Part shown: piece by piece, positions 14,911 through 22,028 of the stretch
Layout of the letters: every line of letters begins with the position of its first letter
Position numbering within the stretch: position 1 is the stretch's first letter
Assembly (NCBI GenBank): GCA_048527645.1
Contig: DBGFNI010000014.1
Coordinates: 1 to 34,996, forward strand
DNA from: Eubacteriales bacterium
Lineage (GTDB): Bacteria; Bacillota; Clostridia; Oscillospirales; CAG-272
DNA: 34,996 nt
Direction: 5' to 3'
Translations under genes and position numbers: made by a program
Notes under the pieces: generated by a model
What the model was told of the DNA's origin: nothing
The model's database searches: none
The model's input: only the letters and a program-made list of their open reading frames with translations

Positions 14911-16469
14911 AATTGTTGCCTCTCTTTTCCGTGCAGCTTGCTGCGCACAAATTTTTTCAGCATGCGGATGCCTGCCCGGTTGCTTTTGCAAGCGGTGAGC
15001 AGCAACGCGCCCTCATAGGTGGAGAGCCCCACAATGCATTTTCCCAAAAACATCCACAGCCCGCCGGGAAGCGGCAAAACCGTGAGAAGCGTCAGGGGAA
15101 CGCACGCGGCAAGCGCGGCGAGGAAAAAGCGGATATACTCCCCCCGCACCGCGAAAAAGCGGTATTCCGGCAGATAATGCCGGATCGAGCGGTTGAGCAA
15201 AACCACGGTGAAAACGACGGAAACGCTGGTGGACAGCGCAATGCCCAAAATGCCGATGACAAAGGACAGAGCGACGCTCAGCACCGCATTCAGAACAACG
15301 CCGAAGAGAGAAAGAATCAGCGGTGTTTTTGTGTTTTGATGCGAATAATGCGCGCGCAGATACAGCTCTCGCACGGCGGACGCGGGAATCCCCGCGCAAA
15401 GACCGATGAGTGCCACGGCGGTGCGCTGTGTGTCCGCGGCGGTAAAGCTGCCGCGCTGATAAATGATTTTCACAATGTCACCGGCGGAAAAAACAGCCAC
15501 AAGCGAAACGGGAATCAGGATCCAAAGCACCATTGTGACCGATCGGGTGAGGGTCTTTGTCATCTCTTTTTGATTGTTTTGCGCGACATATTCGGAAAAT
15601 TTTGAAAACAAAATCAGTCCCACCGAAACGGTGAAGGAGGCGGTGACAAACTGCTCCAGCGTGTTTGCATACGCATAGGAGGACACGGTTCCCTCGCCCA
15701 AAAGCGAACAGATGATTTTATCTATGATATGATTGCACTGCACGAGCAGATTGCTCAGCAGCAGCGGAACGGACAGCTTCAGAATGTTTTTGACCTTGGC
15801 GTCGTGAAAGGGCGATATGGGTCGGAAATGAAAGATCCTGCGGCAGCACGCCGCCAGCAGACCGATCTGAATGAGATTGGCCAGAACAAAGCCGATCACC
15901 AGCGCATACAGCCCGATCTTTGCGCCCAGCAGCATCATAAACAGAATGATGACGGGGTTGACAATGACGCCGTACAGCTTTCCCGGAATATAGGAATCGT
16001 TTGCATTGAGCACCGCGGCCAGATTGGACTGAAACGCGGCGAAGAGAATCGTCAGTGAAAACAAGCGCAGATAGCGGATGAGCAACGCGCTCTGCGCGCC
16101 GGTATATCCGGGGCACAAAATCTTTGCAAGCAGCGGTGCACAGAGCACCAGCATGCCGACCAGGACAACGCTGAAAAGCAGATACATGGTCATGACCTTG
16201 CGTGCCACGGTGTTTGCGGCTTTCACGCCGCTTTGCGTTCTGGTCTGGATATAGACCGTCACCAGCCCCATCGTGAGCGCCTCGGTGAACGCAAAAGAGA
16301 GCCCCAGCATAAAATCGCTGGAAGTAAAATAAATATCTGTCTGATAATCGGAGCCGAAGGAAAAGGCGATCATTGCCTGCCGCAAAAAGCCCAAAACCTT
16401 TGACAGCAGCATAATGACCGTCACCCATGTGACATTTTTCAATACCGAATCACTGTTTTTGTTTTCCAT
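14907..16469 (-). CDS. murJ: MurJ/MviN-family (MOP superfamily) lipid-linked glycan flippase
   Basis: 520 aa and polytopic. The N-terminus VIMLLSKVLGFLRQAMIAFSFGSDYQTDIYF matches the MurJ signature (S+vlGf.R...iA..fG....tDA%). Confidence 0.8.
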   Translation of the reverse strand: MENKNSDSVLKNVTWVTVIMLLSKVLGFLRQAMIAFSFGSDYQTDIYFTSSDFMLGLSFAFTEALTMGLVTVYIQTRTQSGVKAANTVARKVMTMYLLFSVVLVGMLVLCAPLLAKILCPGYTGAQSALLIRYLRLFSLTILFAAFQSNLAAVLNANDSYIPGKLYGVIVNPVIILFMMLLGAKIGLYALVIGFVLANLIQIGLLAACCRRIFHFRPISPFHDAKVKNILKLSVPLLLSNLLVQCNHIIDKIICSLLGEGTVSSYAYANTLEQFVTASFTVSVGLILFSKFSEYVAQNNQKEMTKTLTRSVTMVLWILIPVSLVAVFSAGDIVKIIYQRGSFTAADTQRTAVALIGLCAGIPASAVRELYLRAHYSHQNTKTPLILSLFGVVLNAVLSVALSFVIGILGIALSTSVSVVFTVVLLNRSIRHYLPEYRFFAVRGEYIRFFLAALAACVPLTLLTVLPLPGGLWMFLGKCIVGLSTYEGALLLTACKSNRAGIRMLKKFVRSKLHGKERQQL

Positions 16470-16483
16470 TGCTACTCACTGAT

Positions 16484-16527
16484 AAAAGGGGTGACGGCGA
16501 ATGCACGTCAACCCCTTTCGTTTTTTT
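16484..16527. terminator. Hairpin with flanking A/T runs between the DegT gene and murJ (possible partial terminator or attenuator)
   Basis: Stem ggggtgac (16488-16495) pairs with gtcaacccc (16507-16515). On the minus strand it is preceded by an A-rich run (complement of the T-rich 16516-16527) and followed by TTTTAT. On the plus strand it is followed by tttcgttttttt. The murJ ATG is only about 15 nt beyond it. Confidence 0.4.
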
Positions 16528-16543
16528 GTTCGGTTGCCTGTGA

Positions 16544-17734
16544 TCAGCCCAATACCTTTTTTGCGGCATCGCGGATGACGCCGATCTTCCATTCGCAGTC
16601 CTTTGCCTGCCACTCCCATTCACCGTTCCCCCAGGGCTGAATCCCGGTGTAAACGGTTGTGGAAAGATACTTCAAGGTGTTGGGGCACATATCGGGCGTA
16701 TAGTCCATCTGCAGTCCCTGATTCTGCGGCATTTTGAAAGGATCCATGCCGGGATTGAGCGCGCCGCGGTGCTCCAGAATCGGCAGCCAGTTGGTATATA
16801 CATGCTTACCCGTGTTGATCGGGACGGTGCCCCAGACGCCTTCGCAGGCGGCAAAGGCTGCTGCCTGTTCGGGTGTGTCAAAGCGGATGGCGATGATGCC
16901 GGTTGCGCGGCCTGACGCATCGTGCGAGGGGATGAGATCGACCACGTCGCGGATGCCGTTTTCCACATAATCCAAAGAATGCTTCAGATCGTCCACCAGC
17001 GGATCCAGACGCTTGAGCTGCTCACGCAGAATGGCAGCGGAGATCTCGTTTGCGCGGTATTCGGTGCCGCAGAAGAGGCTTTGATCGACATTTTCCAGCT
17101 GGTTGCCGAAATAAGCAACCGCGGAGGAATCGTGATAGATCAGCGCCTTTTGGTAAATATCCTGATTGTCGGTCACCAGGCATCCGCCCTCGCCGGCGGT
17201 CAGAATCTTATAGAAATTGAACGAAAAGGCGCCGACGTCACCGATTGTGCCCAAGCGCTTGCCCTGCCAGGTAGAGCCGTTTGCCTGGCAAGCGTCCTCC
17301 AGCACCATGATGCCATGCTTCTTTGCAACTTCCATGATTTTGCCCATATCACAGGGGAAGCCCTGCATGTGAACCGGGATGATTGCCTTGGTGTGCGGGG
17401 TGATTTTTTTCTCCATGTCCTGCACATCGAGGGTCAGCGTTTCATCCACCTCGGCGATAACGGGGATTGCGCCGACGGCGGTGACAGCCAGTGCGGTTGC
17501 AATGTATGTATAGCCGGGAACGATAACCTCGTCCCCGGGGCCGATGCCCATTCCGACCAGTGCGGAAATCAGCGCCGCCTTGCCGGAGGTCATGAGAATG
17601 GCGTGCTCCATGCCCAGCTTTGCGCGGAATTCTTCCTCAAAGCTGAAACATTCCTTGCCCTCTGTCTTGAATATCTTTTTGCCGTTGATGACACGGGCGA
17701 CCGCGTCGATTTCTTCCTGTCCGATTCTGTACAT
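16544..17734 (-). CDS. DegT/DnrJ/EryC1/StrS-family PLP-dependent sugar aminotransferase
   Basis: 396 aa. Motifs MTSGKAALISAL, DEVIVPGYTYIATA and SFNFYKILTAGEGG (PLP-Lys box) are typical of the family. Confidence 0.9.
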   Translation of the reverse strand: MYRIGQEEIDAVARVINGKKIFKTEGKECFSFEEEFRAKLGMEHAILMTSGKAALISALVGMGIGPGDEVIVPGYTYIATALAVTAVGAIPVIAEVDETLTLDVQDMEKKITPHTKAIIPVHMQGFPCDMGKIMEVAKKHGIMVLEDACQANGSTWQGKRLGTIGDVGAFSFNFYKILTAGEGGCLVTDNQDIYQKALIYHDSSAVAYFGNQLENVDQSLFCGTEYRANEISAAILREQLKRLDPLVDDLKHSLDYVENGIRDVVDLIPSHDASGRATGIIAIRFDTPEQAAAFAACEGVWGTVPINTGKHVYTNWLPILEHRGALNPGMDPFKMPQNQGLQMDYTPDMCPNTLKYLSTTVYTGIQPWGNGEWEWQAKDCEWKIGVIRDAAKKVLG

Positions 17735-17779
17735 ATGCTTGCTGTTCTCCTTCCAGTCGTACGATTGCGCGCTTGAGAC

Positions 17780-18643
17780 TTATGCCTTGCCGACAGAGCC
17801 GAAAAGCTCCATTTTCTCTTTCACGGTGGCCTTGATGGCTTCTACACCGGGTGCCAGCAGCTTTCTGGGGTCAAAGCCCTTGCCCTCCAGATCCTTGCCT
17901 GCCTCGATATACTTTCTGGTTGCCTCTGCAAATGCCAGCTGACACTCCGTGTTGACGTTGATCTTGGAAACGCCCAGAGAAATTGCCTTTTTGATCATGT
18001 CGGCGGGGATTCCCGTGCCGCCGTGGAGCACCAGCGGCATCTCGCCGGTCTTCTCCTGAACGGCTGCCAGCGTTTCAAAGCTCAGCCCCGGCCAGTTTGC
18101 CGGATATTTGCCGTGAATGTTGCCGATGCCGGCTGCCAGCATGGTGACGCCCAGATCGGCGATCATTTTGCACTCGTCGGGATCAGCGCATTCGCCCGCG
18201 CCGACAACGCCGTCTTCCTCGCCGCCGATGGCGCCGACCTCCGCCTCCAGAGAGAGACCGAGCTTGTCGGTCAGCTCGACCAGCTCGCGGGTCTTTGCGA
18301 TGTTTTCTTCAATCGGATAGTGCGAGCCGTCGAACATGACGGAAGAAAATCCGGCTTCGATACATTTCTTTGCGCCCTCATAGGTGCCGTGGTCCAGATG
18401 CAGCGCAACGGGAACGGTGATGCCCAGCTCGTTGATCATGCCGTTTACCATCCCGACAACGGTGGTAAAGCCGCACATGTATTTTCCGGCGCCCTCAGAC
18501 ACGCCGAGAATGACAGGGCTGTTGAGCTCCTGCGCGGTTTGCAGAATGGCCTTGGTCCACTCCAGGTTGTTGATGTTGAACTGACCGACGGCATATTTGC
18601 CCTGTTTTGCTTTGGTAAGCATTTCCTTTGCTGATACTAACAT
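17780..18643 (-). CDS. fba: Class II fructose-bisphosphate aldolase
   Basis: MLVSAKEMLTKAKQGKYAVGQFNINNLEW, HLDHG and LVLHGGTGIP motifs. I prefer the ATG at 18643, 7 nt after a GGAGGA RBS, over the TTG at 18649 used in the ORF track. Confidence 0.9.
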   Translation of the reverse strand: MLVSAKEMLTKAKQGKYAVGQFNINNLEWTKAILQTAQELNSPVILGVSEGAGKYMCGFTTVVGMVNGMINELGITVPVALHLDHGTYEGAKKCIEAGFSSVMFDGSHYPIEENIAKTRELVELTDKLGLSLEAEVGAIGGEEDGVVGAGECADPDECKMIADLGVTMLAAGIGNIHGKYPANWPGLSFETLAAVQEKTGEMPLVLHGGTGIPADMIKKAISLGVSKINVNTECQLAFAEATRKYIEAGKDLEGKGFDPRKLLAPGVEAIKATVKEKMELFGSVGKA

Positions 18644-18952
18644 AATCAATCCTCCGTTATTTTAATTGGTGCGTCAAATGCGGGATGCTTTTCGCACGCA
18701 TTTTTATCCTTATATAGTGTATACCAAAACACCCGGAAAATCAAGAGCTTTCCGCAACATTCACAATTTTTTCATTTTATTTTGCGTTGACGGTTTCCTC
18801 TTGCCGTTTCGGCGTCGCGGGCATTTGTGTCGGGCGCGGCATATGCTGAAATCAGAGAAGCGGTGAAAAATGTTTGCAGGTGTTTAATTTGCCGCGGCAG
18901 CGTGCATAATGTCAGTGAGAGCAACAACGAGAACATAGGAGAGTGAATAAAG

Positions 18953-19363
18953 GTGACTGTTAAAAGAGGGGATATTTTTTATGCGGATTTGAGCCCGGTG
19001 GTCGGCTCGGAACAGGGCGGACTGCGCCCGGTGCTGATTGTGCAGAACGATGTGGGCAATCGGCACAGCCCAACGGTGATTGCCGCCGCAATCACCAGTC
19101 AGCTGTCCAAGGCGCATCTGCCGACGCACATTGACGTCTTTGCAGACCATTACGGCCTGAGCAAGGATTCTGTGATTCTGCTGGAGCAGATCCGTACATT
19201 GGATAAGCGCCGCCTGCGCGAGAAGGTCGGACATCTGGACCCGGAAGTGATGCAGCAGGTCAACCATGCCATTTCCGTCAGCTTCGGGCTGGGACTGCCG
19301 CAGAGCGGCACGGCTCCGGCTGCCGCGGCAGCGGTGCTGGACCGTCATGAAATAACGGGATGA
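18953..19363 (+). CDS. mazF: MazF/PemK-family endoribonuclease toxin (EndoA/NdoA type)
   Basis: GTG start with an AGGAGAG RBS. The sequence VKRGDIFYADLSPVVGSEQGGLRPVLIVQNDVGNRHSPTVIAAAITSQ..KAHLPTHI...DSVILLEQIRTLDKRRL is colinear with Bacillus EndoA as I recall it. There is an extra C-terminal tail of about 20 aa. Confidence 0.9.
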   Translation: MTVKRGDIFYADLSPVVGSEQGGLRPVLIVQNDVGNRHSPTVIAAAITSQLSKAHLPTHIDVFADHYGLSKDSVILLEQIRTLDKRRLREKVGHLDPEVMQQVNHAISVSFGLGLPQSGTAPAAAAAVLDRHEITG

Positions 19364-19566
19364 GGAAAAATGGCGGCATGCTTTTGACAAATGCCGGGAA
19401 AAACTGTGTTTTTTTACCGCATGCATGCATATAATACAGTAATCAACAATATTTTATGGGAAAGGCCCGGGTAAATATATGATGAAAATTGTCGTATGGC
19501 GTTCGCCCCGCTTTTTGTCTTCGCTGCTGAAACGGATTTTTAAGATCGATTGATCCGGCACCAAAC

Positions 19567-19645
19567 GCGCGGCGGCACCGCGCCCGTGCGGGAGACGCTG
19601 GCGGTCTTGCGTTGTGTTTTTCGGCGTGGTGCACGCGCTTTTTTT
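19567..19645 (+). terminator. Long structured intrinsic terminator downstream of mazF
   Basis: 5' arm gcgcg-gcg-gcacc-gcgcc (19567-19584) pairs with ggcgt-ggtgc-a-cgcgc (19623-19638), about 15 bp in total. A T7 run follows at 19639-19645. Confidence 0.55.
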
Positions 19646-19675
19646 CCTGCCGTTGCGCGAGGAATAAAAAAACTA

Positions 19676-19704
19676 TTGAAAATTCGGGAAAAGTCTGTTA
19701 TAAT
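19676..19704 (+). promoter_or_regulatory. Sigma-A promoter of upp
   Basis: TTGAAA (19676-19681), a 17-nt spacer, then TATAAT (19699-19704) preceded by TGt. It is about 40 nt upstream of the upp ATG, with an AAGGAAGG RBS. Confidence 0.7.
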
Positions 19705-19745
19705 GGTAGAGGAAATGAATACTGTGAAAAAGGAAGGACTGTACC

Positions 19746-20387
19746 ATGTATCAGAATTATCCCAATATTACGATTTTCGATCATCCGTTGATCAGTCATA
19801 AACTGGCAATTCTCCGTCAGGAAATGACCGGCTCCAAGCAGTTCCGCGAGCTGGTGAATGAGATCGCAATGCTGATGGGCTATGAGGCGATGCGAGATCT
19901 GCCGACGGAAACCGTGAAAATCAAAACGCCCTTAAAGGAAGCAAATGTGAAAATGCTGTCCGGCAAAAAACTGGCGTTTGTGCCGATTCTGCGCGCGGGA
20001 CTGGGCATGCTTGACGGCGTGCTCGCATTGGTGCCCTCTGCCAAAATCGGGCATATCGGTCTGTATCGGGATCATGAGACGCTCCAGCCCAAGGAGTATT
20101 ACTGCAAGCTGCCGGAGGATATTCAGAACAGACAGGTTATTTTGCTGGATCCGATGCTGGCAACCGGCGGTTCCGGCTCTGCTGCGATTGATTTTATCAA
20201 GCAGCGCGGATGCAACAACATCAAGTTTATGGCAATTCTTGCCGCGCCGGAGGGCTTGCAGCGCATCTCTGCCGATCATCCCGATGTGCAGGTATACTGT
20301 GCTGCGGTGGATGAGAGGCTCAACGAAAACGGTTACATCCTTCCGGGACTCGGCGACGCAGGCGACCGACTCTTCGGCACACTCTGA
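19746..20387 (+). CDS. upp: Uracil phosphoribosyltransferase
   Basis: 213 aa. Motifs [32 protein letters not shown] (PRPP loop) and [16 protein letters not shown] are classic Upp signatures. Confidence 0.95.
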   Translation: MYQNYPNITIFDHPLISHKLAILRQEMTGSKQFRELVNEIAMLMGYEAMRDLPTETVKIKTPLKEANVKMLSGKKLAFVPILRAGLGMLDGVLALVPSAKIGHIGLYRDHETLQPKEYYCKLPEDIQNRQVILLDPMLATGGSGSAAIDFIKQRGCNNIKFMAILAAPEGLQRISADHPDVQVYCAAVDERLNENGYILPGLGDAGDRLFGTL

Positions 20388-20400
20388 TTCGTACGGATAT

Positions 20401-20438
20401 CAGACCGCTGTGGAAACACAGCGGTCTGTTTCTTTTTT
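20401..20438 (+). terminator. Intrinsic terminator of upp
   Basis: A perfect 12-bp stem cagaccgctgtg / cacagcggtctg with a GAAA loop, followed by tttctttttt. Confidence 0.85.
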
Positions 20439-20445
20439 CTACCGC

Positions 20446-20474
20446 TTGACGGCACAGCTGGGCGGGAGTATAAT
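20446..20474 (+). promoter_or_regulatory. Sigma-A promoter of the MocR-family regulator gene
   Basis: TTGACG (20446-20451), a 17-nt spacer, then TATAAT (20469-20474). AAGAGG RBS precedes the ATG at 20527. Confidence 0.7.
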
Positions 20475-20526
20475 GTATCTGGCATGGAAGAACTTTCGTA
20501 ATATTCAAAAATCAAGAGGTCAAAAG

Positions 20527-21933
20527 ATGCTGACATATGATTTAAAGCAGAAAAAGGAACATCCCGCGCAGCCGCTTTACATGGCGCTTTACCGCGCGAT
20601 CCGGCAGGACATCTGTGAGGGGAGACTCGCGCCGGGAGATCGGCTGCCCTCCAAGCGGGCGCTTGCCGCGCATTTGCAAATCAGCAAGGTGACGGTGGAA
20701 AACGCATACGCCCAGCTGGAGGCAGAGGGATATATCTGTGCCCGTCCGCGTTCCGGCTTTTATGTTGAGCAGTTGCCCGATGCGCTGACGCCGGAGCCGG
20801 AGGAGAAGGAAACAGTGCGAATAGACAGCGGCGGGCAGGACCGGGCGGTGCGGCTCGATTTGTGCAAAAACAGCATGCCCGCCGTGCTGTTTCCGTTTTC
20901 GCTGTGGGCAAAACTGACCCGTGAGGTGCTGACGGAGAGCGGGGAGATGCTGATGGAACAGGGGGATCCCGCCGGGGCATACCCGCTGCGGTGTGCCATT
21001 GCGGATTATTTGTATCGGATGCGCGGCATGACGGTTTCGGCGGAGCAGATCATCATCGGAGCGGGAACGGAGAATTTATACCAGCAATTGATTTTGCTTT
21101 TGGGGCACAGCAGACATTATGCGACGGAGGACCCCGGCTATCCGAAGATTCGCCGCCTGTTTGAGGCGGGTGAGGTGCGGTATTCACTGATTCCCATGGA
21201 TGAGCAGGGCGTGCTGCCGCAGGAATTGGCAGACAGCGGCGCGGAGATTCTCCATCTGTCGCCCAACCATCACTTCCCTACCGGGGTGGTGACGCCGGTG
21301 TCGCGCCGCCGGCAGCTGCTGAACTGGGCGCATGAAAAGCCGGAGCGGTATATCATCGAGGATGATTATGACAGTGAATTTCGCTTTACGGGCGCGCCGA
21401 TTCCGCCCATGTTCAGCGACTCGCACAACCAGAGTGTGATCTATCTGAACACGTTTTCCAAAACCATTTCTCCGGCGCTGCGTATTGCATATATGGTTTT
21501 GCCGCCGGCTCTTTTGCAGCGGTACCGGCAGCGTCTTGGCTTTTCCGGCGGGACAGTCTCTCTGACGGAGCAGCTGACGCTGACAAAATATCTGGAAAAC
21601 GGACAGTTTGAGCGGCATCTGATGCGGATGAAAAAGTATTACCGGCAGCTGCGTGACCTGCTGCTGCAGACGCTGCGCCAAATGCCCTTTTCCCGGCGGA
21701 TTCAAATACTGGAGCAGGACGCCGGGCTGCACTTCATTCTTCGCGTGGAGTGGGAGGGGGACGACCTTTCGCTCAAAGCGTTTTTTGATGAGAGGGGAAT
21801 CCGGGTACGCCTGTTGGACGAGTATTATGCCGCCGACGCCTCTCCTTGCCACACGCATTGTCTGCTGATCAACTATTCGGGGATAACGGCGGAACAGATT
21901 CGGCAGATACCGGCGCTTTTTGCGGGATTGTAA
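20527..21933 (+). CDS. MocR/PdxR-type GntR-family transcriptional regulator with a fused aminotransferase-like domain
   Basis: The N-terminal winged-helix reads LYRAIRQDICEGRLAPGDRLPSKRALAAHLQISKVTVENAYAQLEAEGYI. A fold-type-I aminotransferase domain follows (SPNHHFPTG, TFSKTISPALRIAY with the PLP Lys). The upstream part of the 651-aa ORF overlaps upp, its terminator and this gene's promoter, so I reject it. Confidence 0.9.
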   Translation: MLTYDLKQKKEHPAQPLYMALYRAIRQDICEGRLAPGDRLPSKRALAAHLQISKVTVENAYAQLEAEGYICARPRSGFYVEQLPDALTPEPEEKETVRIDSGGQDRAVRLDLCKNSMPAVLFPFSLWAKLTREVLTESGEMLMEQGDPAGAYPLRCAIADYLYRMRGMTVSAEQIIIGAGTENLYQQLILLLGHSRHYATEDPGYPKIRRLFEAGEVRYSLIPMDEQGVLPQELADSGAEILHLSPNHHFPTGVVTPVSRRRQLLNWAHEKPERYIIEDDYDSEFRFTGAPIPPMFSDSHNQSVIYLNTFSKTISPALRIAYMVLPPALLQRYRQRLGFSGGTVSLTEQLTLTKYLENGQFERHLMRMKKYYRQLRDLLLQTLRQMPFSRRIQILEQDAGLHFILRVEWEGDDLSLKAFFDERGIRVRLLDEYYAADASPCHTHCLLINYSGITAEQIRQIPALFAGL

Positions 21934-21965
21934 CCTGTTTTTCCGAAAACGGTTAGATGTTTTTC
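21931..21965 (+). terminator. Putative terminator after the MocR gene
   Basis: Hairpin taacc-t-gtttt / aaaac-ggtta (21931-21955) includes the stop codon and is followed by gatgttttt. Confidence 0.45.
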
Positions 21966-22028
21966 AATTTCTTTTCACAAAAGGAGGATATCGTTACAAC
22001 AGAAAGCAGAGAGACGGAGGAAAACAGC

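Noticed and set aside
18666-18866. A 66-aa plus-strand ORF upstream of mazF, considered as a candidate antitoxin.
   Set aside because: It lies in AT-rich divergent-promoter DNA and ends 87 nt before mazF. Its composition is rich in Phe, Arg and His, and it has no RHH or AbrB-like pattern. I treat it as non-coding, though a homology search would settle the question.
19384-19435. Consensus TTGACA (19384-19389) and TATAAT (19430-19435) hexamers downstream of mazF, considered as a promoter.
   Set aside because: The hexamers are 40 nt apart, and the sequence 17 nt upstream of the TATAAT is a poor -35 (T-run). I do not call a promoter here.
19978-20526. N-terminal 183 codons of the 651-aa ORF that ends as the MocR regulator.
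   Set aside because: This part overlaps upp out of frame, the strong upp terminator and the TTGACG-17-TATAAT promoter. The GntR winged-helix domain begins right after ATG 20527, which has an RBS.
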